Positions 10,057 through 21,485 are shown, counted from the first letter of the stretch. The stretch: 64,000 nucleotides of DNA from Rhodothermales bacterium (GCA_963793245.1 CAWBZG010000005.1:843993-907992), one strand, 5' to 3'. Numbers and translations are program-made. The notes: generated by a model not told the origin, from the letters alone.

Positions 10057-11331
10057 ATGCCTTCCCCTACCACTGACCCCTCCCGCCGCGCTGTCGTCAC
10101 CGGACTGGGCACTGTTTCGCCGCTGGGCATCGACACTCCGAGTTCGTGGGACGCGCTGCGCGAAGGCCGCAGCGGAGTCGGCCCGATCACACGCTTCGAC
10201 CCGGCTGACTACCCGACGCACTTCGCAGCCCAGGTACCGGACAGCTTCGACCCGCACATCGCCATCGACAAAAAACTGTCGCGCCGCCTCGACCCGTACG
10301 CCCGGTTTAGCCTGGTCGCCGCGAGGGAAGCTATCCTCGACGCCGGACTCGACACCGCGTCGATGACCGACAAAGAGCGCGCGCGCGCGGGCGTCACATT
10401 CGGAGCGGGCATGGGAGGCATGCACATCTACTACGAGCAGGCGCAAAACCTGATGAACTATGGGCCGAGCCGCGTCTCGCCGTTCTTCATCCCGATGCTC
10501 ATTACGGACATGATTCCGGGTCTGATCTCGATGGAGTACGGACTGCGCGGCCCCAACTACGCCATCGTATCTGCCTGCGCGACGGGTAACAACAACATCG
10601 GCGAGGCCGTCATGCTCATCCAGGCCGGACGTGTCGACGTGATGGTCACCGGATCGGGCGATGCGTCAGTCAACGAAACGGGCGTCGCAGGCTTTACGGC
10701 AATGAAGGCGATGTCGACCCGCAACAACGATCCGCAGACGGCCAGCCGCCCATTCGACCTCAACCGCGACGGCTTCGTGATGGGCGAAGGCGCCGGAGCG
10801 CTCGTCGTCGAGAGCCTCGCTCACGCTCAGGCGCGCGGCGCCCGCATCTACTGCGAGATCACCGGGCTGGGCATGAGCGCCGACGCGTATCACATTACGG
10901 CTCCGCACCCCGAAGGCATCGGTGCCGCGCTGGGCATGCAAGGCGCCCTCGACGACGCCAGCCTCAACGCGTCCGACGTGGACTACCTCAACATGCACGG
11001 CACGAGCACGCCGCTGGGCGACATCGCCGAGACGAACGCTATCAAGCATGTCTTCGGCGAGCACGCCTACACGATGAGCCTGTCGTCGACTAAGAGCATG
11101 ACGGGCCACATGCTGGGTGCCGCTGGTTCGTTCGAGGCCATCGCGTCGATCCTCGCGATCCACCACAACGTGATCCCTCCGACGATCAACTTCGAGACTG
11201 CCGACCCGCAGTGCGACTTGGACTACACGTTCAACGAGGCCAAAGAGAAAGACGTCAAGATCGCCGTGAGCAACGCATTCGGCTTCGGCGGCCACAACAC
11301 GTCGGTCGTGTTCGAGCGCTTCGAGGGGTGA
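10057..11331 (+). CDS. fabF: 3-oxoacyl-ACP synthase II
   Basis: 424 aa. ..AVVTGLGTVSPLG..IVSACATGNN..AYHITAPHPEG..LNMHGTSTPLGD..NAFGFGGHNTSVVFERFEG. Confidence 0.95.
   Translation: MPSPTTDPSRRAVVTGLGTVSPLGIDTPSSWDALREGRSGVGPITRFDPADYPTHFAAQVPDSFDPHIAIDKKLSRRLDPYARFSLVAAREAILDAGLDTASMTDKERARAGVTFGAGMGGMHIYYEQAQNLMNYGPSRVSPFFIPMLITDMIPGLISMEYGLRGPNYAIVSACATGNNNIGEAVMLIQAGRVDVMVTGSGDASVNETGVAGFTAMKAMSTRNNDPQTASRPFDLNRDGFVMGEGAGALVVESLAHAQARGARIYCEITGLGMSADAYHITAPHPEGIGAALGMQGALDDASLNASDVDYLNMHGTSTPLGDIAETNAIKHVFGEHAYTMSLSSTKSMTGHMLGAAGSFEAIASILAIHHNVIPPTINFETADPQCDLDYTFNEAKEKDVKIAVSNAFGFGGHNTSVVFERFEG
11305..11331 (+). repeat. Direct repeat copy 1 (last 27 nt of fabF including stop)
   Basis: GTCGTGTTCGAGCGCTTCGAGGGGTGA. 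It matches 11993-12019 at 26/27 positions. Confidence 0.85.
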
Positions 11332-11352
11332 GCTTTTGACCCTGCTGCTCCC

Positions 11353-11591
11353 ATGAAGCCAACAGACTACTTCAGCGCAGAACGAGCGAGCGAGGCGTCA
11401 CGATGGCTGACGTTGAACGTGCGTTGGCGAACGAACTCAGGCGCGAGATACAACCCGATGGACGCACACGTATATGGGGCTGGGCAGACGCGCTCGACCA
11501 ATGCCTTCGCGTCATCGTGGACTCAGATGGCGAGATGTTGATCAACGCGTTTCCTGATCGAAATTGCACCAAAAGCCACAGGTCCCCATGA
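11353..11591 (+). pseudogene. DUF4258-type toxin-like protein, one frame break near 11385
   Basis: MKPTDYFSAER(A/x) in frame 1 continues as ERGVTMADVERALANELRREIQPDGRTRIWGWADALDQCLRVIVDSDGEMLINAFP in frame 3. This fits the H-A-x-E-R-x-x-E-R-G-I-T ... RVVV..dg..ViT pattern of DUF4258. The break lies inside a GAGCGAGCGAG stretch. Confidence 0.55.
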
Positions 11592-12019
11592 TTGAATCCA
11601 AGCGCCCCGCTATACGCTTTCAGTACCATGCCGAGACAGATATGCTGACGATGGTTCTGGTCGACACGCCCTATCAAAGCGATGGGGCTGAAGACACAAA
11701 CGACCCAGACATCGTCTTACACTACCGAGATGATGGTCGCCTCGCCGAAATCGAGATTGAGCACGCATCGACCAAGGTCGATCTAGAGGCGATGCGAAAG
11801 AGTCCAATCTTCAGCGATTTCCAATCCGAGTTGGATGTTCGATCCATCCGCGAAAAGCTCGGGTTGACGCAGGCGGATTTCGCGGACTCGCTCGGCGTAA
11901 GCGTAGGTGCGGTTCGTAGTTGGGAAAAGGGTAAGCGAGCACCACGCGGTCCGGCTCGACGGCTGATCGAACTGTCTCGCGACCGTCCAGGCGTCGTGTT
12001 TGAGCGCTTCGAGGGGTGA
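11588..12019 (+). CDS. DUF2283 plus XRE/MqsA-like HTH antitoxin-like protein
   Basis: MIESKRPAIRFQYHAETDMLTMVLVD..IVLHYRDDGRLAEIEIEHAS (DUF2283-like), then IREKLGLTQADFADSLGVSVGAVRSWEKGKRAP (HTH). The start overlaps the upstream stop (ATGA). The last 8 residues, VVFERFEG, are copied from fabF. Confidence 0.65.
   Translation: MIESKRPAIRFQYHAETDMLTMVLVDTPYQSDGAEDTNDPDIVLHYRDDGRLAEIEIEHASTKVDLEAMRKSPIFSDFQSELDVRSIREKLGLTQADFADSLGVSVGAVRSWEKGKRAPRGPARRLIELSRDRPGVVFERFEG
11993..12019 (+). repeat. Direct repeat copy 2 (duplicate of the fabF 3' end)
   Basis: GTCGTGTTTGAGCGCTTCGAGGGGTGA. One mismatch to 11305-11331. Confidence 0.85.
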
Positions 12020-12048
12020 CGCGCATCCTCTCGCACTTTAGGCATAAA

Positions 12049-12082
12049 GCCGCTCTGGTCGATAGACTGGGGCGGCTTTTTT
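12049..12082 (+). terminator. Putative rho-independent terminator downstream of the fabF/TA block
   Basis: GCCGC...GCGGC stem (extendable to AAAGCCGC/GCGGCTTT) followed by TTTTTT. The loop is long (~18 nt), so confidence is modest. Confidence 0.4.
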
Positions 12083-12083
12083 C

Positions 12084-14505
12084 ATGCGTCGATTAAGAAG
12101 GAGGCCGATGGAACCGATAGCGAAAGCGACTCCCCTACATCCCACCTCCATGTTCGACGCTTCTCGCGCCCTGTCCATCCGCGCCCGACTTTACGCTGGG
12201 TTCGGCGTGATGCTGATCCTCTTGATCGCTACAGGAGCGATGGCGCTCTACATCAGCCACACGTTTCGCGCCGAGCGCGCCTATGCACAAACGCACATCC
12301 TGGCGCCGCTCGAGCGGGTCAGCCACATGGCGACCGCGTTTCAGCAGATGCAGACCTACGCAGCACGAGCCGTTCAGGATGACGATCCCACGACCTTCGC
12401 GGCCAACGTCGACCGAGTGGGCGAACTCGGTGCTGAACTTGCCGAGCAGGAAGCGGCCTTCCGCTCCGCTCTCTCCGATGGCGAACTGGTTGCCGTCTAC
12501 GACGAGTGGACAGACGTACGAAAGGCATACGAACGCGAAATCGAGTCCGTCGGCGATCTGGCGATGACAGGTGATACGGAAGCTGTCCGGCTGGCGGTGT
12601 CTACGACCGTCTACGACTCGGCGCAGGAGGTGATGGCGGGGATCGCGAATCTGCGCGAGCAGGTGCTGGCCTATGGAGCAAACGCGACCGCACAGAACGA
12701 TCAGCGCCAAACAGGACTTCGGTGGATGCTGGCGCTACTCGTCGGCGTGTCCGTCTTGATCGGGATCGCATTGGCGGCCCTTGTCTCGCGGCGTGTCGCT
12801 GATGGGTTGTCGGACCTCGGCGCCAAGTCGGATCGGCTCGTCGCGGGTGATCACACGGCTGAGTTCGATACGCAGCGGCAAGACGAGATCGGCGCGCTCG
12901 GTCGCACGCTCCAGCGGATGGGCGGTCGGCTCGTCAAGCGGCAGGTCGCTATCGAAGCGATTCTCAACGTGTCGAAGGCCGTCAATCAGGAGCGCGATCT
13001 AGACAAAGGGCTGTATCTGGCGCTCGAAGCCGCGCGCACGATCGCAAGTTCGCGATTTGCTGCGCTCGCCCTGACCGATGCACGTGCGTCTCAGCCGTTC
13101 GTGCAAGTAGGACTGGGCGATGCGTCCAGCCGAAAGACGGCGGACCAGGCGATCTACTCGCTGCTAGAAGCGCATCCCAACGCCGACGCCCCTGAACTCG
13201 GCACGATCCGTCCGCTTCTGGCGCTTCCCGTTCGCGTCAACGACCATCAGGTCGGCACGCTCTATCTCGGGCAGCGGCACGTCGGCGATGGTGCCTTCTC
13301 GCAGGACGACCGCGACATCGTTTCGGCTCTCGCCGCCGTCCTCGCGGTCACGGTCGACAGCTATCAGGCGGCTGCGGCGCGGCGTTCGGTTCGGAAGCAG
13401 TTGGAGCAGAGCGTCGGCGTGATTCTCGATGCGATGAGCGAGTTCGCTGACGGCAACCTGTCGGTCCATCTGGACGAAGCGTCCGTCGCTGGCTCGTCGA
13501 TGACCGAACTGCCGCGCTTATACGCCGGGTTCAACCGCACCGTCGCCCACGTCGGGGCAGCGATCAAGGAAGTCAGTAATTCCGTCGACGCACTGGCTGC
13601 GGCGTCGGTCGAAATGAGCGCGACGGTCGAGCAGATCGCCTCCAGCACGGACCAGCAATCGCACCAGGCGCAAGACGTGACGCACGCGATGGGCGAGATG
13701 GTCGACACGATCAACGCCAACGCGTCGGTGTCGATGCAAGCGGCGGAAGCGGCAGCGTCCAACGGTCAGTTTGCTCAGGACGGCGGCGCGATTGTGCACC
13801 AGACCGTCGAAAAAGTGCGCGAGGTGGCGCGCGTGTCGACCGAGACGGCGCAAGACCGTCGCCCGCTTGGGCGCGTCGAGCCGGGAGATCGGCACCATCG
13901 CCGCGACGATTGCCGAGATCGCCGAGCAGACCAACTTGCTCGCGCTCAACGCCACGATCGAGGCCGCCCGAGCCGGGGAGAGCGGACGCGGATTCGCCGT
14001 CGTCGCCGACGAAGTGCGCAAACTCGCCGTCCGCACAGCCGACGCCACGCGCACCATCGAGCAGACCATCGCGACGATTCAGACCGATACCGAAACGGCA
14101 GTCGGCGCCATCGAGCGGAGCCGATCCGAAGTCGAACTGGGCGTCTCGCTTGCCGAACGAGCAGGCCAAGCGCTCGAACGCATCGTCGAGGGTACCCACG
14201 CCGCGCGCGACCGCATGATGCAGATCGCAGCGGCGACCGAGGAGCAAAGCGTCACGTCGGCGATGGTCGCCCAGAGCATCGACGCGATCACGGCGGCGAC
14301 GTCCGAAGCGGCGCACGGCACGCAGGATGTCGCCCACGCCACCAACGAACTCAGCCGATTGGCGGTATCGCTGCAAGGGACCGTCCACCGCTTCCGCTTC
14401 GACGCGCCTCCTGCCGCTTCGGGCGATGGATACGCAGCGGATCGCGGAGCCATCGCGCCCTCGGCCAGCGTGTCGCCGGTTCATGCGGGCGTTGTGCCGA
14501 GTTGA
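12084..14505 (+). pseudogene. Methyl-accepting chemotaxis protein (4HB sensor - HAMP - GAF - HAMP - MA domain), one frame break near 13853; true start may be 12150
   Basis: TM MLILLIATGAMALYISH, then a second TM plus HAMP. A GAF-like block is followed by ..VSTETAQ | [58 protein letters not shown] (the highly conserved MCP signalling hairpin) in a second frame (ORF 13771-14505). Confidence 0.85.
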
Positions 14506-14539
14506 CGGATGGGCTTTGGCTCCCTGCCAGGTCTCCCGG

Positions 14540-16636
14540 TCAACCCAACTTATCGCCTGACTCCAGCCGCTCGCGCTGCTCTTTGCGCTCGGCCATTTCC
14601 GCGCGCTCCTGTGCCACGACGGGCGGGTCGTCCGCATGAAGCGTGGCGGGTTCTGCCGACGGCGCTTCGCCAACGCCCGGCGGCGGTGTGCCCATGCGCG
14701 GCTCTCCCAATGCTTCGAAGTCGTTCGGGTCCAGCGTGGGCAGTTCGACGCCCGAGTCGACGAAGGCGATGAGTAGGTCGCCGGGGAACGCTTTGGTGTC
14801 GTCCAGTCCTTCGGCGACGACGCGCACCTTGCCCGCGCTGGGAACGACGAAGAGTGGAATGGAGCGCTTACCGAACTGCTTGGTGAACGCCTGGGCGTCG
14901 AACGCCTCGGTCAGCCGCACGACTTCGAGCGAGGCGCCCTTTTCGAGTCGCTCCTCGATGGAGCGATACGTCGTGTGCGCGCCGAAGAGCGGACGCCCGC
15001 GCAGGTGCGTCGCAAGCTCGCCCTCGGAGTCTGCCGCCGAGTCCTGCCGAGCCGACAGTTGGTAGACATCGTTGGTGCCGAACGCTTCGGCGAAGTTGAG
15101 TGCGGCCAGACTGTTGACCTCGTCGTTGGGCGTCAGCGCAAGCAGCCTGCCGATGCCGCCCAGATCGAGTTCGTCGAAGATCGTTTCGCTGAGCACGTTG
15201 GCCTGAATCGCGTCGAGTTTGGCGCGGTGCGCGTTTCGGACGTGCATCGGGTTCGCGTCGATCAGCAGCACTTTGACACCCTGCTCTTTGAGCGCCCTGC
15301 CGATGCGCCACGCCCACGCATGCGCGCCGACGATCAGCACGCCCTGTGGATCCGGGTGCGCCAGTCCCAGCCAGCGCGCCAGCGGCGAGATCGTCAGTCC
15401 ATAGACGAGAACCGTCCCGACGATGACCAGAAAGATGATCGGCACGATGATATCGCCCTGCCCCGGCAGGATCTCGTTGACGCGAATCGAGAAGATGCTC
15501 GCGACGGCAGCGGCGACGATTCCGCGCGGAGCCAGCCACGCCAGAAACGCCTTCTCGCGCCAGTCGATGCGCGTCCCGATCGTCGACAGGTAGACGGCGA
15601 GCGGACGGATCGCCAGCATCATGACGGCCAGAAACGCGAGGCTTCCGGGCGTCACGTAGTCCAGCGCGGACTTGTCGAGCCGGGCGCTCAGAATGATGAA
15701 CAAGACCGAGATCAGCAGCACGCGCAGGTCCTCTTTGAACTCAACGATGCGGCGGATCGGCGCGTAGTTCTGGTTCGCCATGAAGATGCCCATCAGCGTC
15801 GTCGCCAGCAGGCCGCTCTCGTGTTGCAGCATCTCGGTCAGCGCAAAAACGGCGACGACCACCATCAGCGCGACGGAGTTTTGCAGGTAGTCGGGCAGCA
15901 GTCGCCGACGCAGCAGCATCACCAGCAGCGCCGCGCCCGCCAGCGCCCCGCCGATGCCGATAAACAGTTCTTTGACGATGCCCTCGAACGTGTGGAAGAC
16001 CAGCGCGCCCAGGCCTTGTACGCCCGGCTCGTTGATGAGCAGAATCGTTTCGAGCACCAGGACCGCCAGAATCGCCCCGACCGGATCGACGACGATTCCC
16101 TCCCACTTGGCAATCGTCCCGACGCGCCCCGTCGGACGCACGTGGCGCAGCAGCGGGATGATGACCGTCGGCCCCGTGACGGTCAGGATGCCGCCGATGA
16201 TCGCCGCGATGCTCACGCTCACGCCCAGCAGCCAGTAGGCCGCCAGCCCGGTCAGCACGCCCGTCACGGCAACGCCAATCGTGATCAGGTTGCGCACCAC
16301 GTTGCCCACGCCTTCCAACTCGCGCAGCCGGAGCGTTAGCCCGCCCTCGAACAGGATGATGCCGACGGCCAGCGACACAAAAGCGAACAGCCCGTCACCT
16401 TGCAACAAGGCTGGGTCGAGCATCCCCGTCACCGGCCCGGCGAGAAACCCGAACGCCAGCAGCAGCAGGATCGACGGCAGCCGGAAGCGCCACGCGAGCC
16501 ACTGCGCACCCACGCCGAGTACGAATACGGCGCCGGCGGCGAGGAGGAGAGTTTCGGTCAAAGCGAGTCGGAAAGGTGAGCCGAAAGGTACGGACACGCC
16601 AGTTTTCGACACTTCGCGCCTGTACCCATCGGACAT
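14540..16636 (-). CDS. Cation:proton antiporter (CPA1-type) with C-terminal RCK/TrkA-N domain
   Basis: ~12 TM N-terminal half (..LPSILLLLAFGFLAGP..), then GVLIVGAHAWAWRIGRALKEQGVKVLLID (Rossmann GxGxxG-like). Start taken at M49 (MSDGYRR..). Confidence 0.85.
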   Translation of the reverse strand: MSDGYRREVSKTGVSVPFGSPFRLALTETLLLAAGAVFVLGVGAQWLAWRFRLPSILLLLAFGFLAGPVTGMLDPALLQGDGLFAFVSLAVGIILFEGGLTLRLRELEGVGNVVRNLITIGVAVTGVLTGLAAYWLLGVSVSIAAIIGGILTVTGPTVIIPLLRHVRPTGRVGTIAKWEGIVVDPVGAILAVLVLETILLINEPGVQGLGALVFHTFEGIVKELFIGIGGALAGAALLVMLLRRRLLPDYLQNSVALMVVVAVFALTEMLQHESGLLATTLMGIFMANQNYAPIRRIVEFKEDLRVLLISVLFIILSARLDKSALDYVTPGSLAFLAVMMLAIRPLAVYLSTIGTRIDWREKAFLAWLAPRGIVAAAVASIFSIRVNEILPGQGDIIVPIIFLVIVGTVLVYGLTISPLARWLGLAHPDPQGVLIVGAHAWAWRIGRALKEQGVKVLLIDANPMHVRNAHRAKLDAIQANVLSETIFDELDLGGIGRLLALTPNDEVNSLAALNFAEAFGTNDVYQLSARQDSAADSEGELATHLRGRPLFGAHTTYRSIEERLEKGASLEVVRLTEAFDAQAFTKQFGKRSIPLFVVPSAGKVRVVAEGLDDTKAFPGDLLIAFVDSGVELPTLDPNDFEALGEPRMGTPPPGVGEAPSAEPATLHADDPPVVAQERAEMAERKEQRERLESGDKLG

Positions 16637-16797
16637 CGCGAGATGGACTCGCCTGGATCCTGACGACACGGAATATGGAGCGCGGAGGCTTCGCCGCAGA
16701 GGGCGCGCAGACTGCCACCCACGCGTAACGCCCTCGTCGTCGGCGAACGCGATGGGAGCGCGAGCGTGTGGACTGCTCACCCAACTCCGACCTCATT

Positions 16798-17658
16798 ATG
16801 TCCGCATCCAATTCCGGCACGTTCCTCATCGGCGGCGACCTGCCCGTCCACCGCCTCGGCTACGGCGCCATGCAGATCACCGGCGAGGGCGTCTGGGGCG
16901 ATCCGGCGGATCCCGATCAGGCGCTCGCCGTGCTCAAGCGCTCCGTCGAGCTAGACGTCACGCTGATCGACACGGCAGACAGCTACGGCCCGTTCGTCAG
17001 CGAAGACCTGATCTGTGAGGCGCTGCACCCGTACGCGGACAACGTGGTGATCGCGACTAAAGGCGGCCTGACGCGGACGGGACCGGGCAAATGGCACGCG
17101 GTCGGACGCCCGATGTATCTGCGCCAGTGCCTCGAAATGAGTCTGCGCCGCCTGAAGCTGGAGCGCATCGACCTGTACCAACTCCACCGCGTCGACGACA
17201 AGGTGCCGATGGAAGACCAACTCGGCGAGTTGAAAGCGATGCAGGACGAGGGCAAAATCCGCCACATCGGGCTGAGCGAGGTGACGGTCGAGCAGATCAA
17301 GCAAGCACGCAAGATCGTCGACGTGACGACGGTTCAGAACCTCTACAACATCGGCACGCGCCAGCACGAGGACGTGGTCGACTACTGCGAGGCCAACGAC
17401 ATCGGCTTCATTCCGTGGTATCCGCTCAACACGGGCAAACTGCTCCAGACCGACGACAGCCCGCTCGCCCGCGCCGCCGCCGACCTGGACGCCACGCCCG
17501 CCCAGGTCGCTTTGGCGTGGCTGCTCAAACGCTCGCCCGTCATGCTTCCGATTCCCGGCACGAGCAAGGTCGCGCACTTGGAGCAGAACGTCGCCGCCGC
17601 GGATCTGGAACTGAGCGACGAGGTCTTCGCCAGCCTGAGCGACGCGGACCACGACTGA
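16798..17658 (+). CDS. Aldo/keto reductase
   Basis: ..[58 protein letters not shown]. Confidence 0.9.
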   Translation: MSASNSGTFLIGGDLPVHRLGYGAMQITGEGVWGDPADPDQALAVLKRSVELDVTLIDTADSYGPFVSEDLICEALHPYADNVVIATKGGLTRTGPGKWHAVGRPMYLRQCLEMSLRRLKLERIDLYQLHRVDDKVPMEDQLGELKAMQDEGKIRHIGLSEVTVEQIKQARKIVDVTTVQNLYNIGTRQHEDVVDYCEANDIGFIPWYPLNTGKLLQTDDSPLARAAADLDATPAQVALAWLLKRSPVMLPIPGTSKVAHLEQNVAAADLELSDEVFASLSDADHD

Positions 17659-17782
17659 GCGCTGCACGCACTGCGGCGTTTGATGGGTTGAGTTGGGCGA
17701 TAACACCTCCCGAGTCTCAAACCTGTCAGGTTTCCGCTCCGAATCCACAGCACCGGACGAGTAGGCGTCGCATCTTGGGCGG

Positions 17783-18838
17783 ATGACGATAACGGTCCAC
17801 CCCCTCTACACCTTGCTGTTCTGCCTCATCCTGTCGGGGTGTTTGCCGAACAGTTGCCGCCGCGAGGAGGACCGCTCGCTCTCCGCCGCCGACAGCCTGT
17901 CGATCGCCCTGGCCGAAACGATTGCCATCGACACGCTCGAAGTCGTGTGGCAGTCGGGCGATTTCGATTTCCCTCGCACAGTGCGATGGGCACCGGACGG
18001 CGCGCTGTGGGCCGTCGACGCGGAGCGGGCGCAGGCGATGGCGTTCGACGGTGCCGGAGCGATCACGCGGCTGATCGGAACGGATTTGGAAGCCCCCTAC
18101 CTCGCCGGATTCCGAGGCGATTCGCTCGTGCTGTTTCAGCCATCGCCCGCCTTGTTCGCCATCTACGGAGCCGATGGCGATGCGCCACGCCGGTTCAACG
18201 TACCCGACCTGCCGGACGAACCCGCGATGCTGCGCTACGGCTCAGTTTGGGGCGACGGCTTCGTGTTCAAGGGCCTGAGCGAGACTACGCCGCCGTTCCT
18301 CCTCACGACCGACGCAAGCGGCGAATCGGCCCAGCGCTACGCCTTGCCCGGTCCGTTCTGGCGCTACGCCGGGCTGATGAAGCCGACCCCAAACGGCGAC
18401 CTACTCAGCCTCGCCGGTTTTCGCCCCGTCGCCGACCGCCTGTCGCGCGCATCGCTCGTCGACACGACGGCAACGCCCGACACACTGCGTTTGGACGGTT
18501 TCTCGGCCCCCGTCCCAATCATGGCCCGCGCGCGCCGATTCGCCCAAGGCGAAGACACCGAGCCTCCGCTGTTGACCGCGTCCGCTGACCAAGCAGGCGA
18601 CCTGCTCTTCGTTCTCAACATGCGTCCCGGCTGGCTCCGCATCGACGCGTACGACGCATCGGGGATGCTGCGGCACGTGTTCAACGAACCCAACCCACAG
18701 GCAGGCAAAAACTTCTACCCGCGCGACATCGCCGTGCGGCAATCGGACGGCGGATACGACATCGCCGTAGCCTTCACCGATCCCGAACCGCGCGTCGCCG
18801 TATACCGCTGGACTCCCGCCTTCCCCCAACTCCCGTAG
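17783..18838 (+). CDS. Hypothetical lipoprotein
   Basis: 351-aa ORF with lipobox LILSGC. No family recognised. Confidence 0.5.
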   Translation: MTITVHPLYTLLFCLILSGCLPNSCRREEDRSLSAADSLSIALAETIAIDTLEVVWQSGDFDFPRTVRWAPDGALWAVDAERAQAMAFDGAGAITRLIGTDLEAPYLAGFRGDSLVLFQPSPALFAIYGADGDAPRRFNVPDLPDEPAMLRYGSVWGDGFVFKGLSETTPPFLLTTDASGESAQRYALPGPFWRYAGLMKPTPNGDLLSLAGFRPVADRLSRASLVDTTATPDTLRLDGFSAPVPIMARARRFAQGEDTEPPLLTASADQAGDLLFVLNMRPGWLRIDAYDASGMLRHVFNEPNPQAGKNFYPRDIAVRQSDGGYDIAVAFTDPEPRVAVYRWTPAFPQLP

Positions 18839-18939
18839 CGCCGTAGCACGCTACGGCGACTCTCAGACCACGCAAGCCTGCAGCCAATCGCAAAAGACGA
18901 CGGGATGTATCCCGTCGCTACGGGCACGATCAGAACGCA

Positions 18940-21400
18940 TCAGTTGCCGATAGGCGAGCCGGGCGGCGGCGTTAGCGAGCGTGGCAACTCGGCGTCCGGT
19001 GCGTAGTCGCGGGCGAGGTAGCGCGTGATGCGGTCTCGAGAGCCAGCGGGCGTGATCGTCGCCGGTCGATAGGTCGGTGGCGAGTTGGGCGAGGTGCGCG
19101 TCGGTTGTAGCACGGACCGTCGATGCCGCGCGCGTATTCGAGGACAACTCCATCAGCGCGCGCGTCCACTCGGTCCAGACGGATTGGCGCACGTTGGCGT
19201 GATAAGCGTCGTCGGTTTGGGCGCCACTTCCAATCGTGGTGGTCGTCCGGTCGAGGAGACCCGAGAACGAAAGGAGTGACGCGTCGAGAGCGGGCTGATA
19301 GGCGAGGCGCGTCGCACGGGTGGCGTCGAGCAGATAGCCGAACGTCAGTGCGGCGCCGGTCTCGGCGGGGGCGACGGGGTCGAACGTCAGTCCCGTCCGC
19401 CCGTCGAACAGCTCGCGCGTGCCCCAGTAGCCGGGCGGACGCGGCGGAATCAGGCCGCGCAAGCTGGCGGGCAGCGCGAGGGCTTCGGGAGTGACCGTGG
19501 CGAGAAGTGCGGCGAGGGCGTCATTTTGGGATCGGGCGTCGACCGGAGCCATCCGCTGCGAACCGTCGCTGCGTTCGACGTAACCGTACGAGACACCACC
19601 CACCAAGTGCGCGGCGGCGTCGACCTGATAGCGATGACCGAGGTAGAGCGGCACGAGCGCTTCTTCCAGCGTGGCGAGCGGACGCCCCTGACGGATCGCG
19701 GATTCTCCGAAGCGGTCGAGCGCCATTGCGGCGGATCGCCATCTGATCGCGCAAGGCTTGGGCCGCGTCCGTGCCGTTGTCCCACAGCGCGCCGACGGGC
19801 GTTGCGGCTCCGGTCGGGCGTGCGTCGGTGTCGGACAGGTAGCGCAGACCGCGCTCGCGATTCTCGCGCAGCACGGTTTGCATCGTCCCCGCATCGTGCG
19901 CGTAGCCGTAGCGGATCGCCTGCACGTCCCACTCGCCGACGCCGACGCCGTACGCATCGGACAGATCAATTTCCCCATCCGCCAGCGTGACGAGGGGCGC
20001 CGGATAGTCCATTACAGTCGAGCGGTCTTGCGTGCTTCCGGCAAAGTTGTGCGCCAGCCCAATCGTGTGGCCGACCTCGTGCGCCGACAGTTGCCGCAGA
20101 CGCGCCAACGCCAGTTGCAGCATCGGGTCGTCCGCCTCGCTGCCAAAGCCGTCCGCGTTCGCACCGACGTAGGGCGACAGCAGCCCCTCGGCGATCAGAT
20201 AATCCTGCCGCACACGCAGCGATCCAAGTGACACGTGGCCCTTGAGAATCTCGCCCGTCCGCGGATCGACGACCGAACTGCCGTAGCTCCAGCCGCGCGT
20301 CGAGCGGTGGACCCACTGAATCGTGCTGTACCGAACGTCGAGCGGGTCGACGCTAGTCGGGGCGCACTTCGACGCGGTAGCCGTCGCGGAAACCGGCAGC
20401 CTCGAACGCATCGGCCCACCAGCGCGCGCCGTCGAGCAGGGCCGAGCGGACCGGCTCGGGCGTGCCGGGGTCGAGGTAGTAGACGATGGGATCGGCTGCG
20501 TCGCACAGGCCGGACGCGTCGGGCGGAGCGGCGCACTCTAACCGGTGACGCGTGATCAGGCGCTGTGTCAGGTCCTCGCCGATGGGAGCGGCATAATCGG
20601 CGTAGCTCATCGCGAAATAGCCCGACGCGGGGTGGAAGGCGCGCGGCGTGTAGCCGTCGTCGGGCAACGCGACGAGCGAGTGGCGGACGCGCACCGTCAC
20701 CGCTTCGGCATCGGCGGCGACGCTGCGCACTTCGCTTCCGGGCGACGACGAGGCGAACGTCAGGCGCGCTTCCATCTCGGAGTTTTCAGGAAACGCTTTG
20801 AGCATCGTCGGCACCAGAGCGCTGCGTTTGGCGTCGAGCGAGAAGGTGCCCTGCCCGGTTCCTCTGAGCGTTTGCGCCACGCCTTGGGCATCGCGCACCA
20901 CGAACGGCGTCGCGTCGACGAGCACGCGCCCGCCCGTTTCCGCCACGACATCGAAGGCCCATACAACGCTCGACGCAAACGCATCGGCGACGGCCAATCG
21001 CTCAGCCGGATTGTCGCTCTCGGCGCGGTAGTCGAGGTTGGGCTGCACCATCAGAATGCGCGGGCCGACACGCTCGAACCGGACGACGCGCGTGCCGGTC
21101 AGCTTTGAGCGGTCCAGTCCCACATCGTTCGACCCCAGTCCGGCGGCCAGACTCGTCACGTAGAGCAGAGTCGGCGTCCAGCTCGGCGATCTCCATCCAC
21201 ACCTTGCCCTCTTTGGCGTCCCACCAGAGCGGCCACATCCCGTCGCGCCGATCCATGCCGTCGGTCTTCTTGGCAATCGTCGGCAAACCAGACGATGAAG
21301 CCGAGGCGGACGCAGACGAGGGCGGCGAAGCGGGCGGCGCCGTCGACGAGCAGCCGAGGGCGAACAGGACGAGGGCGGCGAGGGGGAGCAGGCGAGGCAT
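18940..21400 (-). pseudogene. Secreted zinc-dependent metalloprotease (DUF5117/DUF4953-type, HEVGHTIGL), about 4 frame breaks
   Basis: Five frame segments join: MPRLLPLAALVLFALGCSS..WWDAKEGKVWMEIAELDA | ..LLYVTSLAAGLGSNDVGLDR..MVQPNLDYRAESDNP..RVEV | ..[45 protein letters not shown] | MALDRFGESAIRQGRPLATLEEALVPLYLGHRY.. | ..RDRITRYLARDYAPDAELPRSLTPPPGSPIGN*. Breaks are near 21170, 20360 (G4 run), 19740 and 19050. Confidence 0.8.
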
Positions 21401-21485
21401 CGGCGGAGCGGTTGGGACGCCGCTAAAATAGACGACTTGGCGCGGAGCACCGATGTGCGCCCTGAAACCAAGTGCCCTGCGGTCG

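Noticed and set aside
14975-16339. 454-aa plus-strand ORF
   Set aside because: It is antisense to the antiporter gene. The translation is an R/D/Q-rich low-complexity shadow ORF.
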